The notes under the pieces were generated by a model. It saw only the letters and a program-made list of their open reading frames with translations. It had not been told where the DNA came from and ran no database searches. A DNA stretch of 64,000 bases, from positions 11,532,001-11,596,000 of the forward strand of contig CATNEN010000039.1 in the NCBI GenBank assembly GCA_950097015.1, written 5' to 3'. This document shows positions 1 through 16,455 of the stretch, in pieces (the stretch's first letter is position 1; each line of letters starts with the position of its first letter). This stretch comes from Macrostomum hystrix (taxonomy: Eukaryota; Animalia; Platyhelminthes). Made by a program: the position numbers and the translations under genes.

Positions 1-830
1 TTTGAGTGAGGTTGGTTTAGCCGGAATGAGGTGGGTGTAGCTGGAGTGAGGTTGGTGGAATAATAAAATTTATTATTATTTATAATTAATTAGAGGTTGA
101 TGTAGGTGGTAGGTGTAGGTGGTAGGAGCCGAGTGAGGTGGTGTAGCTGGAGTAAGGTGGGTTTCGCCGGAGTGAGGTGGGTGTAGACAGTGAGGTGGGT
201 GTAGATAGAGTGAGATTGGTGTAGCCGGAGTGAGGTTGGTGTAGCTGGAGTGAGATTGGTGTGACCGGAGTGAGGTGGGTGTAGCTGGAGTGAGGTGCGT
301 ATGGCCAGAGTAAGGTGGGTGTAGCCGGAGTGAGGTGGGTGTAGCTGGAGTGAGGTGGGTGTAGCTAGAGTGAGGTGGGTGTAGATAGATTGAGATTGGT
401 GTAGCCGGAGTGAGGTGGGTGTATATAGAGCGAGATTGGTGTAGCCGGAGTGAGGTGGGTGTAGCTGGAGTGAGGTGGGTGTAGCCGGAGTGAGCTGGGT
501 GTAGCTGGAGTGAGCTGGGTGTAGCTGGAGTGAGGTGGGTGTAGCCGGAGTGTGGTGGGTGTAGATAGAGTGAGATTGGTGTAGCCGGAGTGAGGTGGGT
601 GTAGCCGGAGTGAGCTGGGTGTAGCTGGGTGAGCTGGGTGTAGCCGGAGTAAGGTGGGTGAAGCTGGAGTGAGATGGGTGTAGCCGGAGTGAGATTGGTG
701 TAGATAGAGTGAGATTGGTGTAGCCCGAGTGAGGTGGGTGTAGCCGGAGTGAGGTGGGTGTAGCTGGAGTGAGGTGGGTGTAGATAGAGTGAGATTGGTG
801 TAGCCGGAATGAGGTGGGTGTAGCCGAAAT
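1..830. repeat. 20-bp minisatellite (GTAGCCGGAGTGAGGTGGGT) in a PI4KB intron
   Basis: Tandem 20-mer variants directly visible; the ORFs 90..845 and 365..838 are translations of the repeat. Confidence 0.95.
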
Positions 831-869
831 GCAGGCATTCGTCATGCAGACTTAACTGATTTTATTCAG

Positions 870-4151
<3,282 letters not shown>

Positions 4152-5439
4152 ATTGAAATCAGTTCGCTGGAATTGTTGAGTGCGTGTAAATAGCGATTAA
4201 AGCTTCAAGCCTTCTTCTTTCCTCTTTCTTGCATGTATGATTTCGCTTAAAAAGCTTTTTAGCACTTGAGCTTATAGTAAACTTCCCGTCGCCCACCTCA
4301 CACTTCCTGGCCTGCCCCAGTGTACATCGCCTCAACTTTTTATCTGTGCGCAGCCTCTAACCCCACTTCACACCCACCCCACTCTTTCTGGTCTGTCCCG
4401 ATGTTACATCGCTTCGGTCTGTGCAGTGTAAAGTGTGGAAGACCTCTGACCCTGCTTCACACCCACCTCACTCCACCCGGCCTACCCCGGTGTACATTAC
4501 CGAAGAGTTAACAAAGATGATTCAGCACTTTAACATTGGCTCTGCAGTACAGTAGCATCTTTCTCACTATCTAATCTTAGCTGTAGCGATTTTGGCTTCA
4601 CCGACCGACCATTGACAACATCAGCTTTCAATTCATATTGCTTTGCTGCGCTTCCCGTCTTGTGTTCTGACAAATGCATCAGTTTTAAAGTTAGCAATTT
4701 GTTAGTAGAATTGTGCAAATCCGCTTAATATTGATTAATTTAGAAATCTGGAATGAGATGCTTAGTCTCATTTAATTTCTAAACTGGATTGAATTTTTCT
4801 TTTAATTTCGGTACAGAGAATTGCGTCAAAAATTCGTTGCTGTTTTTATCAGCTAAAAATATTACCGATTATATTAATTGGCTGACATTTTATTTAACTG
4901 CAGTTCAAAAAGTTAAACGGTCTTCTGCAAAAAATAAGAATGATGATTTAATAACAATAGATCGTGTGTAAAGATAACCGCTTTGATTGCTTCAATCAAT
5001 CATCAATGTACTGTACCAATTTACATTGACTCCCTGTGTGATTGTACTTGTACTTTTACTGGCAATAGTTTTTTTTCGTAATGCTACGCACTGCCTCCCC
5101 ACACTTAAATGAACCCCATAGCCGATGTTCATATTGCAACACTGCCAGAGAATCTGGATTAAGTGCATTGATGATCTATTTTTTGTTAAAATGAATTTTG
5201 TTTTCTTTTCGAATCAATAAAAATTTTACTTTTACTTTGCCAAGCATGCAAGCTAATGTGGAGTACGCGCTTTGAAAAAAACTGTTTGCTAAACCGACTC
5301 ACGAGAGCTCTCGCAGACTTTTATTTAAGCCGTGTACAATTGTTGTTGGGATAAAGGTTTATTGTAGTGTACCCAAACATTTCGGAAACCTAAAATTTCG
5401 AGACTTCGCAGGAGCGCTGCTTAGGTGCGTAGAATAGTG

Positions 5440-6496
<1,057 letters not shown>

Positions 6497-6989
6497 ACGT
6501 GGGTCCTACTAGCTTCATGTGCGCGCGCGATGTTAGCTGTCTTTCAGAAATTTTACTAAAATTTACTAACAAAAATGCAAAAGCAAGCCAATTTCACACA
6601 TGCAGCAAAAGTAATTTCAAACCGGCACGAAAAAAGACGTTTACGTTATAACGACAAATCGACAACTGCAGGGTCTCACTTCAATATGTGCAAGAATTCC
6701 TAAATCGTGCGAAGGTCGACAGACGAAAACGTAAAGCACTCGATTTAATGTCTAGCCACATATTCATGTACAAGTTTTGCAGCTATTTATACTATATAAT
6801 CATTAATTAAAATCACAAGTAAATAAACAAATTCTTGACTTAATTTTACTTTCATCGAACTTCTAGAAAGCTTGATACCTAAGAGTGTATGTACTCAGGC
6901 ACTAATAACTAACACTGCTCAACAGTAGAACTACAAAGCCATTTTGCCGCCCGCTAATATACCAAGGGAAATAATTCCCCCTGAAAAGT

Positions 6990-8198
6990 TTTTGGCAGCA
7001 CCTGAATGCTAACCTGGTTATCATTCCTGGTGGTTGAGCTGCGCCTAATATTTAGGCTTGATCAGCGAAATTTAATAAATTCGCGTCAGGGTGTCTATAG
7101 TGGCATAGTTCCACCTGTTGTAGCCCTTGAAGGTCCAGTAAATCCGTCTAGATAAAGGTAGGTGACCACCGAAGACGGAGATGATGCAGGCACATTCGGG
7201 TGACATGCTGATCAATTTTTAATGCCTGGCAAGGCCGCACTGAGGCGCTGTGCAAATTCGTGTATAGGGGTGAATGAAATACACTAGCGCTTATGGGACA
7301 AATCTGGTCTTCGGCCAGATCACCATTGAATATCTCGACGGTCTGAAAAGATGCGTAACAAAAAGTTGACCCGTGTTCTTGAGTTTCGAGTGCTTGCGTT
7401 GCTCCGTTCGGGCGCAGCACAAAAGTTATCAGGGGGTGGGATATAAAATTTTTGTCACAAAAAATGAAAAATCCACCACTTGGATTTATCCTTATCCTTA
7501 TACAATTTGTAGTTCTCATATAACTCATAATAGAATATTCAGTAATTATATTATACCTAATGCATACTGTTGTGACGCAGCCCTCACCTCTGCGCTATTA
7601 TTTTCATCTCTTTCTCATTCCCTGCCCCGCCAGTCGGCTAGCGTGCCCCACCCCAGTTCATATGTATCGATCGCCCAGCCTACCCCTAATTGTTGAATGT
7701 ACATCTCACCCGCCTTGTGCGCTCTCGTACCCTACCCCCTGTTTGTTTTGTCGCTAAAGCCCGGAGTTCTGTGGTGCCAGCCTAGCTATATAGTTGTGCC
7801 CAGTTAATTAGACCCTGCAAACCTCGTCTGCCCACCAGTTACGAGACTGTATATCTTATTGCAAATAAAACCGACCGGCTACTAACTGTTGCATCAGCCG
7901 AGATACTGTGAGTTCTTTTCTGCCATTCCTTGGGAGACGGAACGGGTGGCACCCGACTGGGACCTGGGGCTGTCGCAGCTTCCCCAAAGGCTGTAGGACC
8001 GTGAGTCACAACAATACACAGACCTTCAAGGGCTACAACAGGTGGAAATAGGCCACTATGGACACCCTGACGTGAAGTTCTCTAATTTCACTGATCAAGC
8101 CTAAATATTAGGCGCAGCTCAACCGCAGTACACCATCGCCTAGGCTGTCAACCAATCAGTCACCACATAGAGCTTTTAGCATTCAGGCGCTGCCAACA
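6990..8198. mobile_element. Inverted-repeat-bounded non-autonomous element (MITE/foldback-like) with a solo LTR inserted
   Basis: About 7032-7134 is the reverse complement of 8021-8124 (TTGAGCTGCGCCTAATATTTAGGCTTGATCAG...CCACCTGTTGTAGCCCTTGAAGGTC), and 6992-7011 matches 8177-8198. Confidence 0.75.
7568..8013 (+). mobile_element. Solo LTR (446 bp), probably Ty3/gypsy-type
   Basis: Termini TGTTGTGAC...GTCACAACA (9-bp inverted repeat, TG..CA), 4-bp TSD ATAC at 7564-7567 and 8014-8017, internal TATATA (about 7787) and AATAAA (7864). Confidence 0.85.
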
Positions 8199-8578
8199 CC
8201 TCGATGTATGCCTATAAGTAGTATTTTAGGCAATCGACACACTGAAAAGTGCACAGTTCCTAATCGTAAACTTTTCAAGCCAGAATAGTGCAAACCAGTT
8301 TGCAGAGTGCAATGTACGAGCTAAAGACCATAGTTAGATAAGAACTCTCTGCATTCTTCATGCTGTCCCTGCGAGTCCTTAAATGCATTGCGAAGGACAA
8401 AAAATATAGCAGAAAAATAAACACACCTTACCTAACTGATAATAATGTAACAACAAATTACATTTACAAATGTTAGCTCTAGAAAATAATATTTTAGCTC
8501 GGGCCTAGCAACTAAATGATTAAATCCTGATCATACACGAATCACGATCTAAATAATCTAAATAGACACCAAGTCTAT

Positions 8579-9185
8579 CACAGTCTCCCTCTCACAATCT
8601 CCCTCTCACAATCTCCCTCTCACAATCCCCCTCACAATCTCCCTCTCACAATCCCCCTCACAATCTCCCTCTCACAGTCTCCCTCAAAATCTCCCTCAAA
8701 ATCTCCCTCTCACAGTCTCCCTCTCACAATCTCCCTCTCACAATCTCCCTCACAATCTCCCTCTCACAATCTCCCTCACAATCTCCCTCTCACAATCTCC
8801 CTCACAATCTCCCTCTCACAATCTCCCTCACAATCTCCCTCTCACAATCTCCCTCTCACAATCTCCCTCTCACAGTCTCCCTCTCATAATCTCGCTCTCA
8901 CAATCTCCCTCATAATCTCCCTTACAATCTCCCTCTCACAATCTCCCTCTCACAATCTCCCTTACAATTTCCCTCTCACAATCTCCCTCACAATCTCCCT
9001 CTCACAATCTCCCTTACAATTTCCCTCTCACAATCTCCCTCACAATCTCCCTCTCACAATCTCCCTCACAATCTCCCTCTCACAATCTCCCTCTCACAAT
9101 CTCCCTCTCACAGTCTCCCTCTCATAATCTCGCTCTCACAATCTCCCTCATAATCTCACTCTCACAATCTCCCTCGCAAAACCTC
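8579..9185. repeat. 14/12-bp tandem repeat (CTCCCTCTCACAAT)
   Basis: Tandem units visible. Confidence 0.95.
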
Positions 9186-9634
9186 CCTCTCAACATCCTT
9201 CCTCCCACCCTCTGTCCCTCTCACAATCCATCTCCTTTTTCTGCTGAAATGAAATTCAATAATTTTTGCCCGACTGTGTCAACTTTCCGGAATTAATTCA
9301 CGCGCGCATTTTAACGCAATTCGCAGCTCAATAATGAGCTCAAAGATATTCAGCCCAGCTAATCTTTTGCTATTCTTGTCCGCAATTTGGCTGTTTCAAC
9401 CTTGCTGTGACCCTGAAGCTGATTAAATGCCAAGTCCGCCCGACTATAGATTAGGCGCCCAAAAAAACGAAAAAGAACCTGCAGCAGCTGAAATATATCT
9501 TTTCAGAGTTGCTGGTCTCGCTAGACTGATTTTTTTGCTTTTAATTATTTTGCATTTGCGCAGCAATATAAAAATCCCTCTAATTATAGATTGCATCCAG
9601 GTATCAGTAAAATGCCCCAGAAGGAGACAGTAGG

Positions 9635-11600
9635 TGTCTACTTTCCTATCATCACCTCTACTTTCCTATCCTTCTGTCTACTTTCCTAATCTGAAGTCTA
9701 ATTTCCTAATCTGAAGTCTAATTTCCTAATCTCGTGTCTAATTTCCTAATCTCGTGTCTAATTTCCTAATCTCGTGTCTAGTTTCCTAATCACTTGTCTA
9801 ATTTCCTAATCTCGTGTCTAATTTCCTAATCTCGTGTCTAATTTCCTAATCTCTTGTCTAATTTCCTAATCTCTTGTCTAGTTTTCTAACCTCTTGTCTA
9901 ATTTCCTAATCTCGTGTCAAATTTCCTAATCTCGTGTCTTATTTCCTAATCTCGTGTCTAATTTCCTAATCTCGTGTCTAATTTCCTAATCTCGTGTCTA
10001 ATTTCCTAATCTCTTGTCTAATTTCCTAATCTCTTGTCTAGTTTTCTAACCTCTTGTCTAATTTCCTAATCTCGTGTCAAATTTCCTAATCTCGTGTCTT
10101 ATTTCCTAATCTCGTGTCTAATTTCCTAATCTCGTGTCTAATTTCCTAATCTCGTGTCTAATTTCCTAATCTCGTGTCTAATTTCCTAATCTCTTGTCTA
10201 GTTTTCTAACCTCTTGTCTAATTTCCTAATCTCGTGTCTAATTTCCTAATCTCGTGTCTTATTTCCTAATCTCGTGTCTAATTTCCTAATCTCGTGTCTA
10301 ATTTCCTAATCTCGTGTCTAATTTCCTAATCTCTTGTCTAATTTCCTAATGTCGTGTCTAATTTCCTATTCTCGTGTCTAATTTCCTAATCTCGTGTCTA
10401 ATTTCCTAATGTCGTGTCTAATTTCTTATTCTCGTGTCTAATTTCCTAATCTCGTGTCTAATTTCCTAATCTCTTGTCTAGTTTTCTAACCTCTTGTCTT
10501 ATTTCCTAATCTCGTGTCTAATTTCCTAATCTCGTGTCTACTTTCCTAATCTCGTGTCTAATTTCCTAATCTCGTGTCTAATTTCCTAATCTCGTGTCTA
10601 ATTTCCTAATCTCTTGTCTAATTTCCTAATGTCGTGTCTAATTTCCTATTCTCGTGCCTAATTTCCTAATCTCGTGTCTAATTTCCTAATGTCGTGTCTA
10701 ATTTCCTATTCTCGTGTCTAATTTCCTAATCTCGTGTCTAATTTCCTAATGTCGTGTCTAATTTCCTATTCTCGTGTCTAATTTCCTAATCTCGTGTCTA
10801 ATTTCCTAATCTCTTGTCTGGTTTCCTAATCTCTTGTCTAATTTCCTAATGTCGTGTCTAATTTCCTATTCTCGTGTCTAATTTCCTAATCTCGTGTCTA
10901 ATTTCCTAATGTCGTGTCTAATTTCCTATTCTCGTGTCTACTTTCCTAATCTCGTGTCTAATTTCCTAATCTCTTGTCTGGTTTCCTAATCTCTTGTCTA
11001 ATTTCCTAATCTCGTGTCTAATTTCCTAATCAAGTGTCTAATTTCCTAATGTCGTGTCTAATTTCCTAATGTCATGTCTAATTTCCTATTCTCGTGTCTA
11101 ATTTCATAATCTCGTGTCTAATTTCCTAATGTCGTGTCTAATTTCCTAATCTCGTGTCTAATTTCCTAATCAAGTGTCTAATTTCCTTATGTCGTGTCTA
11201 ATTTCCTAATCTCGTGTCTAATTTCCTAATCAAGTGTCTAATTTCCTTATGTCGTGTCTAATTTCCTAATCTCGTGTCTAATTTCCTCATCTCGTGTCTA
11301 ATTTCCTCATCTCGTGTCTAATTTACTAATCTCGTGTCTAGTTTCCTAATCTCTTGTCTAATTTCCTAATGTCGTGTCTAATTTCCTCATCTCGTGTCTA
11401 ATTTCCTAATCTCGTGTCTAATTTCCTAATCTCGTGTCTAATTTCCTAATGTCGTGTCTAATTTCCTCATCTCGTGTCTAATTTCCTAATCTCGTGTCTA
11501 AGTTCCTAATCTCGTGTCTAATTTCCTAATCTCGTGTCTAAGTTCCTAATCTCGTGTCTAATTTCCTATCCTTCTGACTACTTTCATATTCTCCTGTCTA
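9635..11600. repeat. 20-bp minisatellite (ATTTCCTAATCTCGTGTCTA), more than 90 units
   Basis: Tandem units stay in register with the 60-nt lines. Confidence 0.97.
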
Positions 11601-12449
11601 CTTGTCTTTGCCTACCTGTCTACTTCTCTATCCATTAGTATACTATTACAATTTTTTTCTACTTCGGTCTTATAATGTGTTCTCTGTCCATTTTTCAATG
11701 TACTCAAGTTTCTATTTTCGGTTATATTCACTTTTCTACATTTCATCAACCTACGAGCTGTTATCTGGATAACAGTCCGAACTGGTACAATAGAATTTTT
11801 TAAAAAATACGTATTTATAAAAAGACAGTCTAACGGCATCTTAGAGTTAGGCATTTCAAATGCAAGCTAAATCTGAATCATTTACGACAGCCATGCAGCT
11901 ACGTAGTAAAAATAAATTTTAGGTATAGGCTGTGCGTGTGACATTGCACTGAACCCAACACTGCACTGTACAGAGATTACTCTGTACAGTCTGTACACTT
12001 CCAGATTGTAAATTCTTCCCCTCTCAACTCCTCTGACCAGCTTCCAGGTTTAGATCCCACGCAGGGATATAGGAGATGAGTTCTTCGAGGCTTCATCTGA
12101 GCTGAGATGGGCAAGAAAACTCATCCGCCTGTGAGACTGGGGGGTAGGGCAGGAAATTAGGAAATTACTAATGGAAAAGGCCAGCCTCGAGTCGTAAGTG
12201 GATAGGCAAGGCACGTAGGCAATTCGGACCCCACACTGTAGACTCTAAGCTTGGTAATATTTATAATGAGTCTGAGTCATGCAACGAGTTATATTGCTAC
12301 AATCTAAGTAATGGCTGATATGTAGCATTATAGCTTTAAAGCTGCACCAGGAGCTGCACACTTTGTGTACTTTTCTTCGTTGTCACTTTTGCTGATTTTT
12401 GCGTCTTAAAATTTTAAAACAGACAGAGAGAGGTCATAAAACACGTTTC

Positions 12450-13290
12450 TCTACTCTCTCTCCTCTCTCTCCTCTCTCACCTCTCTCATCTCTCTCACAC
12501 CTCTCTATCACCTCTCTCTCACCTCTTATTCACCTCTCTCTCCTCTCTGTCCTCTCTCTCCTCTCTCACCTCTCTATCACCTCTCTATCACCTCTCTCTC
12601 CTCTCTGTCCTCTCTCTCCTCTCTCCTCTCTCACCTCTCTCTCCTCTCTGTCCTCTCTCTCCTCTCTGTCCTCTCTCTCCTCTCTCCTCTCTCACCTCTC
12701 TCGCCTCTCTCTCCTCTCTGTCCTCTCTCTCCTCTCTCCTCTCTCACCTCTCTCGCCTCTCTCTCCTCTCTGTCCTCTCTCTCCTCTCTCTCCTCTCTGT
12801 CGTCTCTATCACCTCTCTCTCCTCTCTCTCCTCTCTGTCCTCTCTCTCCTCTCTCTCCTCTCTGTCGTCTCTATCACCTCTCTCTCCTCTCTCTCCTCTC
12901 TGTCCTCTCTCTCCTCTCTCTCCTCTCTGTCGTCTCTATCACCTCTCTCTCCTCTCTGTCCTCTCTGTCCTCTCTCTCCTCTCTCATCTCTCTCACCTCT
13001 CTCTCCTCTCTGTCCTCTCTCTCCTCTCTCATCTCTCTCACCTCTCTCTCCTCTCTGTCCTCTCTCTCCTCTCTCACCTCTCTCTCACCTCTCTCTCCTC
13101 TCTCTCCTCTCTCTCCTCTCTCCTCTCTCTCCTCTCTGTCCTCTCTGTCCTCTCTATCACCTCTCTCTCCTCTCTCCTCTCTCACCTCTCTCTCCTCTCT
13201 CTCTGTCTCATGTCGCATCTCTCTCACCTCTCTCCCCCTCTCTCCCCTCTCTCACCTCTCTCACCTCTTTATCCCATCTCTCTCTCTCAT
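12450..13290. repeat. Polypyrimidine (CT-rich) low-complexity repeat
   Basis: Degenerate CCTCTCTCT units; the ORFs 12399..13301 and 12874..13227 are repeat artefacts. Confidence 0.95.
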
Positions 13291-13575
13291 CAGGGAGATA
13301 AAAGATGCACCGCCATCTGCATTGGTCGGATATGGATGTAACTTTTTAGCCGTTCGCTAGACCAGCCAATGCTTGTACACTGAAGCATAGCTTACTAGAC
13401 GTGCTGCTATTGGCTAACAGATAACTAGGCTATGTGTGTGCATTTCCTTGCGCAGACAGGAATTTATATTTAATAGGGCCGGGCAAAGCTTCAAATTCGA
13501 CTATCTACCACCGCCGGTCGGAAAGTCGACTAAAAATTAGAGTCGAAACAGCCAGCCCACCGATAGTCGCCAAGC

Positions 13576-13887
13576 ATGACGAAAGGCCACCCTGGAACTC
13601 CGGTGTCTCTGTCGTTTTTTCAGACGGTCGGTAAAATTACTCGCTCAATCGACAGCATTCCACTGCTAGCCGCTCTGGGCACAGCTGCCACCATAATGAC
13701 TGGCTTCATCATCTACCAGTTCGCTGAACGGCCAGACTTCAAGGCGCTCCGCTTTGCCAGCAATGCCCAGGAGGGCATCAATAAGCCGCTAGGCTACCAC
13801 AGCAACCGACTATTTCACGCCGGCATGAAGAAGGAAGATCCGACGCCGACTGAGATCAAGGACATCATCAAGTCTGTGCGGGGCTAG
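13576..13887 (+). CDS. Small single-TM protein, possibly NDUFA4/COXFA4 (B12D) family; paralogue 1, 103 aa
   Basis: IPLLAALGTAATIMTGFIIYQFAERPDF resembles the IPL..hydrophobic helix..PDV pattern of NDUFA4/C15orf48; coding status is supported by mostly synonymous differences from the paralogue at 15080; TATA-like TTTATATTTAA at about 13463. Family call is tentative. Confidence 0.75.
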   Translation: MTKGHPGTPVSLSFFQTVGKITRSIDSIPLLAALGTAATIMTGFIIYQFAERPDFKALRFASNAQEGINKPLGYHSNRLFHAGMKKEDPTPTEIKDIIKSVRG

Positions 13888-14329
13888 TAAAAGTCTGCAG
13901 AGTAAAATTACAGTAAACAAAAACTGAACTGTGTTGGGCGCGCATTGCTTTGCACTGAAATACTTACTAAATACCATTAGCATTAGCAAGCTTTCATTTA
14001 GTGCACAAAATAACTTCTTAAGACAATTTTCTTTCGATTGAAGCTTTCAATTAATTTTCTTTAAGAAAAAGCGACAGTGAATTTAAAGCTGCACGTTTCC
14101 TTTCGTTTCCGCTTTTTATATGACTCATATTTTCGTTAGTGTAGTCCAAATTAACTACTGTTGATACCCTGAAATTGATCATAAAATATAAATTTTATAA
14201 CTGCTAGATTTAGTAAAGAGTTTAAATGTTGTTGCTGTGAAAATATAGTGTTCGCTAATTATTATTAAATTTTTTAATATATAATTATTCTTACTTTACA
14301 AAAAATTCAATGGAGAGAGATAAATGAGT

Positions 14330-14860
14330 AGAGATCCATGAAACGGATCGATAAAATAGTAGATATCGATAGACGTTTCGATAAATAAGTAGAGATCGAT
14401 AAAACGGATCGATAAATAATCGATAACTCGACATCGATAAATGATTAGAGATCGATAAATAATTGGAGATCGATAAAACGGATCGATAAATGATTAGAGA
14501 CCGATAAAACGGATCGATAAATAATTGGAGATCGATAAAACGGATCGATAAATGCGTAGAGATCGATAATGATTAGAGATCGATAAATGATTAGAGATCG
14601 ATAAAACGGATCGATAAATGAGTAGAGATCGATAAATGATTAGAGATCGATAAAACGGATCGATAAATAATTGGAGATCGATAAAACGGATCGATAAATG
14701 AGTAGAGATCAATAAATGATTAGAGACCGATAAAACGGATCGATAAAGGAGTTGAGATCAATAAAATGGATCGATAATGGGTGTAAAGATAGATCTGATC
14801 GGTCATTAAGTAGAGATAGAAAATTTATCGATTCAAATAGATAAACAGATCGATGTGTGA
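14330..14860. repeat. ATCGAT-rich compound tandem repeat between the two paralogues
   Basis: Alternating GATCGATAAAACG and GATCGATAAATGATTAGA units. Confidence 0.9.
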
Positions 14861-15079
14861 ACGTCACTGCATCGAAACCCCTTGCTTAAGAGCATGGTTT
14901 GAGTGTGATTCGACTCTTATATTGCACTTCTATTCAGATGAGTTCTAGAAATGAAATGTCTATGGTAAATGCATAAAATCTATCACAGATAGGTACTGGG
15001 ATTTTCGCTAATAAAACACAAAACGCTGATTACTTGATTGAGGCTAGTTTGAAAAGTAAACTAGACAAAACTGCCAAAC

Positions 15080-15391
15080 ATGACGAAGGGTAGAGCTGGC
15101 ACTCATGTAGCCCTGACTTTGATGCAGACGGTAGGCAAAATTACTCGGTCAATCGACAGCATTCCACTGCTGGCCGCTCTGGGCACAGCTGCTACCATGA
15201 TGACTGGCTTTATCATCTACCAGTTCTCAAATCGACCCGATTTCAAGGCACTGCGCACTTACAGCAATGCCACTGACAACATTGATAAGCCGATCGGTTA
15301 CCATAGCAACCGACTGAATCGCGCGGGAATGAGGAAGGAGGATCCGACACCACAGGCTATCAAGGACATTATCAAATCGGTGCGCAATTAA
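15080..15391 (+). CDS. Small single-TM protein, possibly NDUFA4/COXFA4 (B12D) family; paralogue 2, 103 aa
   Basis: Colinear with 13576..13887 with no indels; AATAAA follows the stop. Confidence 0.75.
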   Translation: MTKGRAGTHVALTLMQTVGKITRSIDSIPLLAALGTAATMMTGFIIYQFSNRPDFKALRTYSNATDNIDKPIGYHSNRLNRAGMRKEDPTPQAIKDIIKSVRN

Positions 15392-15880
15392 ATAAAAAAA
15401 CTAATTTTCTACTACTAACAAAGACTTTGCAACTCATATTAGCTTAATTGTACTTAACAAAGTTTCCTAACACCAACTAGTACGCCTAGTAGCTATAATA
15501 AGACTGCGAAGAAAGTATTTGAGAAATAAGATGAAATAAAATTCGACTAACATGCATTTATATTATTAAAGCATAAATTTGAATTCGTTATTTTACCTTA
15601 AAAGGCCTGCTAAAAAGGGCGGTTTAAGTTGTGAGGGCCAGGGTACACTGCAAGGTTGCAATACTAGACTAGCAGCCAAAATAGTTCTATTTTTAGTGCA
15701 AGGACGTGAGGTCTAAGCAGCGCAATACGAGCTATACAGCTTTATGGCCAGCTGTGTGTAGTAATAAATTACTGCTGGCCTATAGGACGATTGTAAATTT
15801 CTTGCCAAAGGGAACTAGTGTAAATGTTGCTTCTAGTTTTTAGTGTGGTCCGCAATCAACAGTAATTTTAGTGACATATT

Positions 15881-16455
15881 AGACTCCTGAACAGGCACAC
15901 ACTCACACAGGGTGTGTACATCTGCCCCTGAATTTCTTCTCATTGTCAGGCCTTTGACACACTTTCAAAGATGGTGAGCGGTCTAACGGATTTACCTTTT
16001 GCAACAACATCCCTGAGCTCGATTCCGCGGCACATTGATTTGGGGGCGCTGCCGCGGAGAGAAGGCGTGGTGGCTTGTCGTGCAATTTACACCCTTACGA
16101 GGCCAACCTCCAAGGCACAGTGAGAGTGTACACTGCCTGACGATGAGAAAGTCAAGGCATATGTACACACATGTTTGAGTGTGTGCCTGAGTACGGTATC
16201 TGTGTGCGTGTGTGCTCAGGAGTCAACGAAATGGGCGGAATTGCCTCCTGGCTGGCTGCGGGTCCAGTGTCACCAAATGATGTGCCATTGCCTACAGCCC
16301 TTCTGCAAATACAATTATTATTTGTGAACAATTTATGCCGTGGGGTTGGCAGTTAACGGCGTAAATTGCACGACAAGCCACCACGCCTTATCTCCGCAGC
16401 TGCGCCAAAAAAAGAATCTGACCTCGCTGCGAAATTGAGCTCAGGAGTTCTGAGT
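15881..16455. mobile_element. tRNA-derived SINE cluster: plus-strand copy about 15971-16321 flanked by minus-strand fragments 15881-15951 and about 16360-16455
   Basis: Shares GGCACAGTGAGAGTGTACACTGCCTGACGATGAGAAAGTCA and CAGGAGTCA.CGAAATGGGC..AATTGCCTCCT blocks with the copies at 44.8, 45.4 and 52.7 kb; ends in an (ATT)n-like tail. Confidence 0.85.

Noticed and set aside
9635-11600. Regular arrays as CRISPR loci
   Set aside because: Units are head-to-tail with no unique spacers, the context is eukaryotic, and there are no cas genes.
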